Source: the human T2T-CHM13v2.0 reference genome, Homo sapiens
DNA length: 64,000 nucleotides
Reading direction: 5' to 3' (one strand)
Assembly (NCBI RefSeq): GCF_009914755.1
Contig: NC_060930.1
Shown here: in pieces, positions 12,776-26,053 of the stretch
Numbering within the stretch: position 1 is the first letter of the stretch
Layout: every line of letters begins with the position of its first letter
Program-made: the position numbers and the translations under genes
Notes under the pieces: generated by a model
What the model was told of the DNA's origin: nothing
Databases searched by the model: none
Seen by the model: only the letters and a program-made list of their open reading frames with translations

Positions 12776-15501
12776 GATGTATATATGCACCACTCTTTCA
12801 ACCAAAATGCTTTGATCCCCTGCTTGCTCAGGGAAGTCTACCAAGGAAAGGGGAGCCAATTCAAAATTCTTAAAAAGTTGTTTTTAAAGAGAAGACAATT
12901 ATATAACTCATTCCCACAAAGTGCTTCTTTATTCTAAGACAAGCAAAACTACTGTTATATTTCAACTTTCATTACAGCTAGAATACTAGCTTCCAGTTGA
13001 TCAAATGAATGACATACTAGTTGTACTCAGTTTACAAGATCGGCTTCTTGCAAAGTCAATGTATCCAGCACATGTATACCCATTTCATAGGACAGAAAGC
13101 GTGACCTAACAATTTACAGGTATTATAGAGGTTTATAATGCTTTTATCTTTGCTTTGCTGACATATCTTTGGCTACATCTTTGATTTAATTAATGTGCAG
13201 CTCTTGGTTGGGTTGATAACCTCCAAGGGTCACATTAGGGAGATAAATATATTCTGCGGTACACTGATCTCCTTTTAGTATGGCCAAACTTGGCAAATAA
13301 GACACGTGATGCCTAATTAAATACGAATTTCAGATAAACAATGGATAATGCAATAGCAGGGACAGACTTACACTAAAAACATATTTGCTGTTTGACATTC
13401 AAACTTAACTTTGGGTCCGGTATTTTATCTGCCTACGCTATCTTCTTTGTGACCCATCTTCCAGACTGAACTACAGAAAGGCAAGTGTACCTGGTCAGGC
13501 CTCTGGAAACCGTGTTAGGATTTTAGTTGGGCGTGCAGACTCTTCATGACCTGCTCCTAGCCCACCTACCTCACCAGCTCTGTGCCCTGTGAAACACACC
13601 CTCAAGCCAACCCCGAGAAACAGGCCCTCGCTTCCCAACAGCCTCCAGGTGAGCTGTCCTCCAGCCTCCTCCACCTCCAGGCTCATGATGGGGCAAAGCC
13701 CACTTAGGCAAAAGCCACCTGCTCTGTGATGATGGGACTGGGTCCTGCCTGTGGGTTCGGAAAGCCCATCCCACCCTCTACAGCCTCTTGCTCCTCTGCA
13801 ATGACTGTGCCTTCACCTGGGGGTCTCCCCAGAGACTAGTGAGAGTCATAGGGCAGGAGGCACCTTAGGCTCATCTCCCTGTGACCAGCAACCAGCACAG
13901 TGCCTGGCCCATGCCAGGGATGCGATGTTCGCTGGCTGTGCTGGCAGAATACACTTGCATCAGATGAGACAGAAGTGGACAGGTGTTAGTCACTCTCCTG
14001 TGTGTGCACCAGCTGCCCTGGGGCAGCACCCCAGTCTCGGTCTTCTCGTCATCACCTCAGCCTGACCCCAGACACAACCGACCAGCAGCAGGCTCTTCGG
14101 TCACCAGCCTCGAAGGAGAGTCTCGAGGGCCAAGTGGCACTAAAACTGCTGAGCCACACTGGTTTGATTTTATTTGTGGAAATGTGCAGAACCACATTGC
14201 TTCCTTTCACCTGCTTTTATGTTTCTGAATGGAAGCCAAACTGTGTTCCTTGGGTGTGTAAACATCCTTAACAACCAAACAAAAGGAGCCTGAGAAAATT
14301 TAGATGGGGAAAGTGAAGAGCTGGAATCCCTGCCTGGAAGCACAGAAATGACGGTGCTTATTTTTTAAGCTCTAGGATTTTAGTTAAGGGCACGTCCATT
14401 ATTGAATTCCCCATTCCGGCTCCCGGTGGCAACCAAGCTGGCAATCTGGATCAGCTTTCTCAGGACACTGTGGTCCTTTCTCCACGGAGACAGTTCACCT
14501 GAATGACAACGAGCGCTGATCCCTTCCCCAGGAGGGGCCGCAGCTGATTCATGAAGTGATGAATTCTGCTGAACTTACTGAAACCCACCTGACTGACAGC
14601 AGCACAACTGGGCTGCTGTTGCTCCAGCTGCTACCACCAGAGCTCCAGAGCACGGCGACAAGAACGCAGCGCGGGGCTGCCTTGAGCAGCAAACGCCTCC
14701 CCGCCCCCACTCAAGAAGTGACACTGGCAAGAGACTACAGACAGCCTGGCCTTCCTAAAATGCCAACGCTCCCATTTCCCTACTCCCCTTCAATTGTTTT
14801 TAAAATGTTTCAAATACACCAAACGGATGGGTGTATTTAATGTGGAAGGAAAACACTTTTTAAAAAAAAACTGTACAACTGTCCACTGGGACCACAGTGC
14901 AGAAATAAAAGAAATCTTCATCTTGCAATTTCTGATTGTTTTATATTCACTAAGGTTTCTCAGTTTCACAGCTGGAAACCTCAAGCTCCTGCTGCCAGCA
15001 TGCCAAATTACAAATACTCAAATTTATAAAGAAAAAGTTCTGAGCAGAATCCACGCTGAAGACACTGCTTTATTTTCCAGGAACAGACAAGAACTATGAG
15101 TTTAAGAAATACTGCTTCCCCCAAAGCAAACTATTGAGTGCATCTGCGTTTCTTTCTATCCTACCTGTTGTACTCCTCCTTTGTGACTCAAGTGCTTTGG
15201 CTTCCAAATGGCTAGTGGATTCTTTCCAAATGTTGTCACCTGTTTACCATAAGCAACGATTTGAAAACTTGTTTTCAAAACTGCACTTAAATACAGTAAT
15301 TTTAGATCATCTAAAACTTTTGGTTTTTATATTCCAAATATTGTTGATGGCATGACAATTCTGGGGGTTCCTGTCCGACTTGGTTTCACTGCCTGAGATC
15401 GCACGGATGAATACCGCAGGCAGGTGAAGAGGGTTGCCTATTCTGCCAAGCGAACCTGAAAACGGAAGCAGAGCCGCTTCGCTCGGGTCTTTCAGGACTG
15501 A

Positions 15502-15515
15502 CCAGCAGGGGGCGC
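15502..15515 (+). promoter_or_regulatory. CTCF motif (CCAGCAGGGGGCGC) in PXDC1 intron 1
   Basis: Consensus CTCF core in a locally CpG-rich patch (about 15400-15560). Confidence 0.8.
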
Positions 15516-17635
15516 GCGCACTCTGCGGAAAAAGCAGGATGGCGTTCACTGCAACGCACGCTTAGGGAAGTTAGCCTCAGAGTTCACAGCCCCGGAAACT
15601 GTTCTAATTTCTGATAAATAATCACTAATACAACCTCAACTTTAAAAATTTCATCCTACACAATTTGTGACATGAGAATTTCATCCAGATGTAGCCAAAC
15701 AATTAAGAATTTGAAACCAAAAAATTGGTAACACAATTGTACATAAATTCCGGTGGGCCAACTGGACACACATTTGGGGACTGAGTATCAACAGGGGGCT
15801 GCCAGCGTCACTTTTCTTCCTAAAGGAGTTAGGTCTCGAAAGCTGAAAACACAGCGTTGTATCTGTCAATTTGGGGATTAGCTGCTTTCTGCAAACACAA
15901 ACACCTGATTTGTTCTTGGAATCAGAACTGAACGCGCTGGAGGCAGTACAAAAATCTGACAGTGAGAGCCAACGTTAACAAACACCGCTTCCGGATCTCA
16001 GAAACCTGGGTCCAGAGTCCCACTTTTTTGGGAATTGGAGGCTTTGGGCTCAACACTTGCGGTAACTGGCCCAGCTTCCTCCAGGGAGGACCTTGGCCAT
16101 CTGACTCTAGCGGGAGGGCTTCCTGCTGCTGCAATTCTGAAACTAAAGGCAGGATGCTGGCTCGGGTGCGCTGGGAGGTCACACGTTAAAGAGCGTCCAC
16201 TACCCAAAGAACAGGCCTCTCTGAGCACTCAGAGGACGCGGTTCCCACACGCACACAACAGTCGGCCCCGGGGAAATGCTCTGCAAAGTGAGCTTTAACA
16301 AACTGAGTCAAACCATAAATTACATTTATATTGTTTCCTTTCCATTTAACAAATGTGCCCATCAGCACACTACACAGATGCAGAGGTGAAGGGGGGAACG
16401 CAGCCTCATCTTGTATGCTGCACGGGAGACACACATTCTTTAAAGGTTGACTATAATACACATCTTGGAAACTAAATATCTAAAATGTTTTAGGAAAGCC
16501 TTTAAAACTTCCTAAGTACCTGTTTTCTAAATAGGCAGTCAATGCTGAAGCAGCAGCGAGTTAAGAACTGACTAGCTGGTTATTCAATGCATAACTAAGC
16601 AACCCAGGGAAGTTCTAACTCCCTGGGAACCTGAGGCTGCTCTTCGCTATCCGAGACTGACACGTTTCCACCTGTGGAGTGTCACGCAGTATAACTGTAC
16701 AAGGAGAGCGAGATTGCGGCTGTGTGGACACCAGGACAGAAGGCCTCCCCCACACCTCCACGCTGCAATGCATCAGGGGCGCCCAGCGGCTGGTCCACAG
16801 CCACCTCTCCTCTACATCTTTTCAGGAGTGAAAAGCTGAGCTGAGAATGCAAGAGGAAGAGATGGAAGTGGCTGAGGAAAAACAGAACACCCGGAGGACC
16901 CAAGCTGGGGGCTGAGGGAAGTCTCTCTTCCTCCCTCTGCAGCAGTGGCTGCCTTCTGTACCTGGGAGGTGGCTCCTAGAGCGACTGGGAAAGAAATGTT
17001 TGACTTAAACTTACTGAGCTCTGCTCTGCTCTTCCCGTAATCCTGCCTTCTCTAGGCTTTTTCATTATTTTCCCCACTAAAAGCCAAATCCTCTTCCTAA
17101 ATTTTAGACTCAACATTCTCCAACAGCCATCCACTTAGCCAGTCCGTCCTGCAGCATCACAGGTTCCCAGGGGGAGCAGCCCACTCAGGCAGGAAGGAAG
17201 CACTTCAGTCGCTCTTCCCAAAGCACCCATGGCTCCTCCTCCACCAGGCTGGGGATACCACGGCCAACAAGATGGGATCCCGGCCTCCTGGCACGTCATG
17301 CTAGCCAGGAGGGCCAACAGGAGGCAAACACAGACCACAGACTGTCCCCTGCCTGGCAAATCCAGGTGCCAGGAGGATGCACAGCAGGGGATCCCCCCCA
17401 CACTCCCGGGCAGGAGGCGGCCTGAAGGGTGAGCGGATATAAGGGTGAAAGGGGTTGGGGAAAGAGGGAGTGAGATGGGGAAGGTGGAGGGCAGGGGTGG
17501 GGAGAGCTGAGACCAGAAAAGGACAAGCGTGGTCTCACAAATCCCGGGAAAGGGCCTTGCCCATGAGGGACAAGGAGGCAACGGCTTCCCACGGAGGTTC
17601 TGGCTACAAGAACTCTGTGCACTTGGCAATTCTTG

Positions 17636-17984
<349 letters not shown>

Positions 17985-18511
17985 TAACCCAAACCTGGCC
18001 CACACCCAGCACCAATTCTAGTTTCTGGACGAGCAAGGCCACAGGCCTAGTCCGTAGGGATCCCACTGAAGTTCGGTGGTGACCTCCCTCTTTGTGGGCT
18101 CCCTCTTTAGCCAGGGCAGGGGTATTCTCCCAGGGTATATGGGGGGGCCACACCCAGAAGAGGGCGGGCACATGAGTGGACCAGTCCTGCCAAGCGGCTC
18201 GCTGCTCTCAGGAGCCAGCCTCCAGCACTCTCCCGCAGACCACTGTCATCAAGGGCACGTGGCAAGTGCCAGGGCAAAGAGCAAATGGTCCCAAAGCCAG
18301 CAGCCCGTATATGCCCAGCTTGGTGCTGGGCACTCTACGGATACCACTGCTTTCGGTACTCACAACGGCCCTGCGTGCGGATATTATTACTGCTATAGCA
18401 TCAACAGTGCACCCGAGGCTTGAGGAACTTGCCTGGAATGACATGCAGGTGGCAAAGCCAGCATCCAATCCCCTAACCCCACCTGTCTGGGTCCAAAGCC
18501 AGTGCTTTCAG

Positions 18512-18665
18512 CCTGAGCCTGACCCCTCCTATTAAGGCCTGTGTTCCCAGGTGGGGAGATCCCTGAGCCTGACCCCTCTCACTGTAACTGAGCTGTGTCC
18601 CAGGTGGTTGACCCCCAAGCTGACCCCTCCTACCATGACCCAGCTGTGTCCCAGGTGGGTGATCC
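18512..18665. repeat. Degenerate ~50 bp minisatellite, 3 units
   Basis: Recurrent CTGACCCCTC...TGTG(T)TCCCAGGTGG. Confidence 0.8.
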
Positions 18666-20329
18666 AGCAATCTGGCAAGGCCTTGATCTTCTATGATGAG
18701 ACTGACAGCTGCCACCTATCAAAGTATGAACTGCAAGCTCTTCCCTCCCCCTCTGCACCCGCTGTCCACCATGTGTTTTCTGCTGAGTCTAGGTTAAACA
18801 TCAGCAAGGTTTCTTAACAATGGGAAGAAACCCTTGCAGGTGTAAGTTGGCAAAAGAGTTACGTGGTCTGTCTGATGTCCCCATTTCCTGTGGGATGGGG
18901 CAAGAGGGGGCACAGCTAGAGGTGTCTGTCTGCAGAAGAATGTCACCACATATGGTGTGCGTTCAGCTCCTCTCGCCACCAAGCAGGGAGCTCAGATCAA
19001 GGTGCTCCTGAGCTGAGTCCCTGGCCTGTTCTGTGAGAAAGCTGCAGCTTTTCAGTGCCAACTGCCACCGTGAAAGGCAGTAGCCCTGGAAGCAGGTCTG
19101 TCTGTGGAAGTGTCCAGTCTCCAGCTGGGAAGTGAGCTCAGGTGTCGCCTGGGGCCCAGGGGCTCAGTCTGAGATCTGTCGGGGGGGCAGCAAACCAAAC
19201 GCAGCTCAGTGGCCATTTATGGAAAAGGAAGAGGATCCCAGGTACAGCAGGATGGGGGAAGCAGAGTGGGCGGCGGGGTTTGGGCTTGGCAAAGAAAAGC
19301 AAAACAGAAGGAAGAAAGAGGAAGAGGAGGCCGCGTGAAGGTGGGTGGCCCCATGGGAGCCCTGGCAGGGCACCCCCAGTGCAGGGTGACTTGGCCAGGT
19401 CAACAGAGTCAAAAATAGGTCTGTGAGTCAGAAAGGAAGATCCAAGTCCCCTGAGAAGTAAAGCTGCCCCTCTGGGTGGGGCAGAATGACGCAGGTGAAT
19501 TCTGCACGGGGGTGGAGCTATGGTTGAAGGCAAAGGGCAGGCCCAGCCAGCACCCCACTTGCAAGGGCCCACTGGATGGGGCAGAGATGGTGCCTCTGTG
19601 CCCCTGCTCTGCTGCCCGGGACTGGTGTGGCCCATGATCATTTCTGAGCCACTGTCACTAAGAAAGTAAACTCCGTGGCTTTGCAGTTGGCCATCGGGTG
19701 GGATTCTCCCTTATGTTTCAGGGTAACACAGGGCTTCTCCCCTCACTGTCCACCCGAGAACAGCATGAGCAGGTTCAGGCCCTGGGATCAAATCACGCAT
19801 CTTCCTAGAGCTGTCAGGGTTGTGGGAGTCTGGTAGTCACATCTGTGTCCAGCCCTTTTCTGGTAATGTCCCAGATGCCAGTCCCCTGGTACTCGGATCT
19901 CAAATCTAAGACGACAGTCTCCTAGCATGCAGGTAGATGAATGTCTTTGGTGATAAAGATGAGCACAGGCAGGTACATTAGCACCACATGGGCTGGCGGG
20001 CTTGTGATCATGGCCTTACTAAGAGAAAACGCTAAAATGCCGCCTCCCAAGCTGCCCTCCTGAGCCACCCCCTCCCCCATGCCAACTCCTCCTGCCGACT
20101 CCCCCATGGCAGCAAATGGCAATCCTGCCAGTCCTGCACCTCAGGCTGAAAACTCTGGGGTCATCTGCACACTACTCCACACCCCATGTCTGGCCTTGCA
20201 GTGCCCCTGTGGCTCTCCCTCAATGCACATCAGCGTTTGCCCACTTCTCCCACCTGCTCTGCTGCACCAGCCCCCAGCACCTGCCTCCACGCCTCCCCTG
20301 CTCTTTCCCAGCACAGCAGCCCGAGTTTG

Positions 20330-20845
20330 AGTCAGGCCAAATCACCTCTCTGCTCAGAGCCCTCTCTGAATAAAAGCCCAAATGTGACCACGACCTTCCT
20401 CTCTCCCTTCCTGACCAACAGTCTCCACACCAGCCACCGTACCTCCTCACTCCCCAAACCCACCAGGCACATGCCAGCCTCAGGGCCTTTGCACCTGCTC
20501 TTCCACTGCCTAGAATCGACTTCCCCAGGCACCCAATGGCATGATCCCCGCTTTCCTTCATGTCTCTCTTCAAAAGTCACTTGTCCTCGATCACCCTGTC
20601 TAAACGCAAAACCCCTCCCCCTGCTCCTGTAAGTCGGAGCCCCTTTCTTTGCTTACTTATTTTTCCTTTTGAACATGTATCACTATCTAATGTATTTGTT
20701 ACTTGTTTATCTTGTTACTATTGGATTTCTCCCAACCAGAATATAAGAATCATGAGGGCAGGGATGTTCTTGGTCTCTTGTTCACTGCTGTGCCACCATC
20801 ACCTACACATGTGGTAGGCACTATGCAGATATTTGATGGAATGAA
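20330..20845. mobile_element. L2-like ancient LINE fragment
   Basis: CCTCAGGGCCTTTGCACCTGCT and ...TTTGATGGAATGAATG motifs typical of the L2 3' end. Confidence 0.65.
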
Positions 20846-23800
20846 TGTAAAAGCAAAATGTTGATTGTACAGCTACTAAGAATGAAAGATCACCTGACTA
20901 CTCGGGAACACAATCTGTTGCTGCAGTGGTGACCTGGTTGGCTCAGACATCACAAAGCCTGAAACTATAGAAATAACAATCGAAAAAGTCTAGGAGCCTC
21001 AAAATGCCAACAAGGAAATTCAACATGTTTATGTTTTAAAGCATAAACCTTCCTAGATGCGAGAGATGTAAATAAAGGGTAACCCTGAACCATGTTAGGT
21101 ATCGCACAGAGGGGACTGAAATGAAAGACTTGGGCCCACTGGTGTTAAGAGTCTGGAAAACACAAGAACGGAACACCTTGGTAACCCGGCGACAATATCC
21201 CCAGGAAACAGCTAGCTCCCTCCCCTAGGGCTGCGGGACAAGAAAGGGAGAGGGGGCATATCCAATCTGGATGGAGAAGAAGGTCGGGTGGGAGAGTGAG
21301 AGTGCGAGGAAAGGGGCGAGAGGACAGAAGCTGGGCAAGTCCTGAGGTCAGCCCGGTCCGACCTCACCCAAACAGAAGTCCAGGAGAGTGCGCTAGTGAG
21401 CACTGTGCCTCCACCCCAGGCAGGGATTGACATATCCCTGCAGATGTGTCACCGTGACACATACAAGGCCCAGGGATGGCCTCCAAGCACCACTCCACAG
21501 TGTGTGTGTGCAGAGAGAGAAAAAGCACATTCTCCCCCACTGCAGTACTCAAGGGACCAAGAAAAGGGCTCAGCATCCCTTTAATTGCTAGCAGATTCAA
21601 AGCTGCAAGTGGGGCCAAGGCTCCCACACCCTCCAAGGGTGTGCAGACACTTCCAAGAGTCACCAGCCCACTGCCAGCAGAAGCTCAGAAATCCAGATTT
21701 CCTCACAAATCTCTTAAATGGAACTAGAGAATGCAAATCTAACCCGTCCCAGAAACAGTTCAATCCATGTAAACTGGGGAATGTGATAGGGAATGATGCA
21801 GAGAAAAGCTGGCATTGCAGCACAGCAAAGCACACACATCTGGCTGCCTTTTGTGTTTATAGTTTGTATATCCAGATAATCTTTTTATGCAAACAATAAA
21901 TCTGCATGGAAATAAGGTGCAATCTGCTTTTACATTACTGGGATATATTTTACTTGGCAAACAATTTCCCTGGACTTAAAAGGATCAAAGAAAGGGAAAG
22001 GACTTCCCTGGCGCTGCACAACAAAACTCAGGTGGTGCTGGGCAGGGACCAACTAACTGCCCCTCAGAAAACCAAGGACTAGAATGAAGGCAGGGCTTAT
22101 GGTCCCGGTTCTGGTCCCAGGCTCCCCTCTTCACCCCCTCCAGGGTGTGCCAGACTGTCCCCAGCAGAGAGAGCAGCTCCAACAGTTCCACGGTGTGCTG
22201 TGAGAAAGTCCTTTACACCCAGCCGCTGGACCTCACACTCACCGCCCACCAGCCCTGCCACCATCATTCTGACCCCTATTTCTGATTTCTGTTCCCCTTG
22301 AGGTACTTGGAGGTAGCTATCATATCCCTTCTGAGCCTTTCCTCCACGGTAATCGCTCGCGTCTTCAACCTTTCTTCACTCTTTTGAGCCACTCCTGCGT
22401 GTCCACACAGCTTGTGACCGCGTAACAGACCCAGCACAACTAGGGCGACAGCAAAAGAGGCGGAGCCAGGGTGTGTGCAGGGCACGCCCCTCCCTCCTGC
22501 TCCAGGTGAGGTATTTCCACCAGCGTGGATGCAACTGAAACCACGCCCTCTTTCCACCGTCTGGCCCAACCCCAGCCAGAAGCAGCTGATGGGACGGTAA
22601 CAATGACAACTGGCATTTATGGAGAACCTGCTCTTGTTAGACCCTCTACCATGCCTTTCAGTCCTCACAAACGTCAGAGACCACAAGCACAAAGTTACAG
22701 GTGGGGAGCCCCACGGGGATCCCGCTCCAACCAGCCTGCCTGGGGTCACGGAGCTCAGACGCCTGACCACAGTGAAGCTCAGGGACTCCAGTGTATTTAA
22801 GCCTCGTTCCAGGAAAGGTCATTGAATAAACCGCTGTTCCTTCACGATGCTTTCCTGATTTGGGCATTGATTTGTTAAATTTAAAATATCATAACAAACA
22901 GCAAATCCAAGGAAAACTGCTTCCATGCTTGAAATAACACCCAACTGTCTGGAGAACAGCTATAAATGTGAGGCTCTGGGGAGCAGAGGGAGGCCTGAAA
23001 GGCGGGCCTTCTCGCTCAGGGCCCCAACTCGCTGGCTGTGGGAGCCCTTCCAAAAGATGTGTCATGAGAACTAAGCTAATTATCCACGTAATTCTCACAC
23101 TGGGGTTGGGGCCATCGCCAGGGGAAAGCACAGGTTATCTCAAGAACGCAGCCAGATAGGAGGCTGGGGAGACTTGGACGGGCCACCTTCTGCTTCAGTA
23201 ACTTGGCCCCAAGCTTTCAGGAGGTCTCTGCTTAGAGGAGGACTGCAGAAAAGAAGGCTGCTGGGCCACTGTCCCAATGTTCCGAGCTACAGGTGGTCAC
23301 CCATGGAGGGGGGTGGGACCTGCTCGGAAGTCCTCCAGTCTTCCCGCCCCTTCTCCCCTCCCGGCCCTCCCAGGCGGCCCCTCTCCTCGGCCTGCCCCCT
23401 CCACCCCGCAATTCTTCCCGTCTCAACTCCAGTCCCTCTCTCTTGCGTCCTCCCGGCTTCCACCCCCTCAGCCTGGCCTCCAAAAGAAAGATCGGGCAGA
23501 GCGGTAGGAAAAGGGAAGCCACCGCGGTTTCTGAAAACAAGAATTCCCGCGAGCCAGGACGGTCACGAGGCCGGGGAGGAGGCGGCGCAGCTGATCAAAC
23601 GCGAATGGGGACCAGCCCTGGCGGGGGTGCGGGGGGGCCCTGGCTGTCCGCGGCAGCCGCGGGCGGGGCGGCCGCTCCGAGGAGGGACGGAAGGGCTGCG
23701 TGGCACCTCGCGCTCGAAGACCAGGGGCGCGCCCTCCGCGGGGAGAACTCGGGGCGGCGGCCAGACCCGACGCGACCCCCGGCTCGGACCCTGCAGTTAA

Positions 23801-24213
23801 CTGCTCCCAGACGCTTTCCCAGTGCGCCCGCCCGCCGGCCCTCGGGAGGTACCGGGCAGGGGGCTAGGGCCGGGCCGACCCTGTGAGCCGCTCAGCCCCG
23901 GGCGCCCCCGCCCTCCTCGGAAGTGACTCGTCCTCAGGGAGAGTCCGGCGCCCGCCCTGCCGGCCTCGGCCCCTTTCCCGCCCCATTTGGCTCCTCCGCC
24001 GGGGGCGCCCCCAGGCTGGGCAGGCTGGCTCCCCGTCCCCCTAACCCCGCCGCCCGGGCACCCCTCGTCTGCGGGCGCGGGGTCCAAGTGTCCCCTGTCC
24101 AGGGCGGGCAGAAAGGAGAAGTCGCAATCTCGGTTGAAGTCTCTTCCCCGCCTCCTTCGTGCACTTCAAGGCTGCCTCGGCCCCGCGCCCCTCCCGCGTC
24201 CCCGGCCCCGCAC

Positions 24214-24469
24214 CTTGCCGCAGCGGCCCCTGCGCCAGTTCGGACCGGTCCTCGGGAAAGGCGTCGCGCAGGCGCTGCCACAGGCGGCCCAGGTCCGCCA
24301 GGCTGCGGTGCAGGTAGAGCACGCTGCGGTCCGACCACTCCGTGCGGATCTCGAAGAACTCCTCTTCGTCGCCGCGCCGGCTGACGATGAGCCTGCGGAT
24401 GCCGTTCACCCAGCAGCCGCGCACGAACATGTTCACGAGCGACGTGCCCTCAAACACCGCCGAGGCCAT
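24214..24469 (-). CDS. PXDC1: PXDC1 coding exon 1 ([20 protein letters not shown]...[10 protein letters not shown]), N-terminal part of the PX domain
   Basis: Translation recognised as PXDC1. ATG at 24469 in strong Kozak context (GACATGG). Donor GTGCGG begins at 24213. 256 nt, ends in phase 1. Confidence 0.96.
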
Positions 24470-24480
24470 GTCGCACGCAT
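24433..24480 (-). other. Overlapping upstream ORF (15 aa, [15 protein letters not shown]) out of frame with PXDC1
   Basis: ATG at 24480, 11 nt upstream of the main ATG; TGA inside exon 1. Confidence 0.6.
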
Positions 24481-24673
24481 GCCCCCGCCAAGGGCTCCCC
24501 AGCCCCGCCGCCCGCCCGCCCGCAGGAGGCGCGCCCCGGCCGGGGTCGTCCCGGGTCTGTCCGTGGCCGGGGTCGTCCGGGGTCGGCCCGTCACTCCAAG
24601 GAGGCTGCGTATGGCCCGCGTTCGGGGCAGCGGGGCGGCGTGGCGGCGAGTGGCTCGGGCCGGCCGGGCGCGG

Positions 24674-24680
24674 CTTTATA
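24674..24680 (-). promoter_or_regulatory. TATA box (TATAAAG) of PXDC1; predicted TSS near 24650
   Basis: Plus strand CTTTATA = minus TATAAAG, an isolated AT patch in the GC-rich island, about 210 nt upstream of the ATG. Confidence 0.7.
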
Positions 24681-26053
24681 AGGCGCTTCCCATCGCGGGC
24701 GGCGCGGTAGTCGACGTCGAGGTTAGGCCGCGTCCGCCTCCCGCCCGCCTCCCGCGGAACGGGCGCCGCGGGCCGCTCTGGAAAGGAAGAGGTCCGGCTG
24801 GCCGCGCCCCCGCCGCCTCCGCAGAGACCGCGCTGCCGCGGCCACGAGAACCCCCGGAGCCGGGAGCCGGGCCGAGTCCCAAGCGCTCGCCCCCGCCTCG
24901 CGCCCCCCGCGCCTCCTCCCTCGCGGCCCCGGAGCCGCAGGTCGGTGACTGGACCAGCCGGGAAGGGAGGCGGGGCGGGCCCTGCTTGCCAGGCGCTCGG
25001 CGCAGACTTTTTTCTCTTTCCGTTTCGCGATCCTCGGGACCTCCCAGGGCTAGGAGCTGCGCGCCCCACCCGGCCCGCGAGGGGATGGCAACTACCCGGG
25101 GTCCGGAGGCGGGGCTGCGAGTGTCGGGGCGGGGGGCGCGGGCCGGGTCGAGCACCGCCCCGACGAGGGCCCAGGCCAGTCCGGCCCGCCCCGGGTTCCC
25201 TCCGTGCCTCAGGTCCCCTCCGTGCCCCGCGTCCTCCCGCGCATTCCGGTCATGCCTCAGCCGCGCCAAGGCCTGGGACACGGCCGGACAGACCGCGGGG
25301 CAGCCCTCGGAGAAGTGGGAAGAGGGGAGAAAACAGTGGCGAAAAGAAGGTCTCCTGGGAAGGAGCGCCCTGGGAAGCTGGACGCGGTGGGTGCTCTTGA
25401 GGGGCCTCAGGAGTGGACTTGGGGAAACCGCCCGCCCTGAAAACTGACTCAGCGGCGCGTTACTGAGGCCGTTCCTAGTTGGAAGAGAATTAATAGCACT
25501 TGTTTGAGAATTACAAGTTAGTTCCAGAAATGAATCGAGTGACCTCACAGCCCGTAGGCAGGGGTGGGAGAGCCAGGGTGAGCCCCTCACCTCACCCCGC
25601 CCCCGCCCCGGCAGCGCTCTGGAAAGCCTCAAAGCCCAGCGCTGCGCGGAAATGTTAGAGGCCCAAGGCAGGTGGCCTGTCTGGACTCAGACCCGACCCA
25701 GATGTCCCCCCAGGTCCCTACCACTCAGTCCCACCTGCCTCGACTCAGTCCCGACCCAGATGACCACCCCCCCCCCCCCCCACGACCAACTTTTATTCCG
25801 ACTGCGCCAGTGACTTGCAGATAGCATAGCTTCAAATTTCCTCACCTGGTCTGGGGCGGTGAACAGGTCAAGATGGAGAGTGTCAAGAGAGACTTTTGCT
25901 TTGTCTATGATGTTTTTATATACACTTGCTAATTAAATGAACGCATATGTTTCCTGTGTAATTTTGTATAGGGGAATAGGGGCCGTGGGAACTGGAAGTA
26001 AACAGCCAGTGTGCCAGCAGCTCTTGACTCTAGGTGGTGGGAATAAGTGCCGT

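Larger units (their letters stand above)
23500..25400. promoter_or_regulatory. CpG island / PXDC1 promoter and exon 1
   Basis: Very GC- and CpG-dense with many GC boxes (CCGCCC); encloses the PXDC1 ATG. Boundaries approximate. Confidence 0.93.

Noticed and set aside
23987-25447. 486-aa plus-strand ORF and other long ORFs across the CpG island
   Set aside because: Pro/Arg/Ala/Gly-rich with no recognisable domain, antisense to PXDC1 exon 1; explained by stop-codon depletion in GC-rich DNA.
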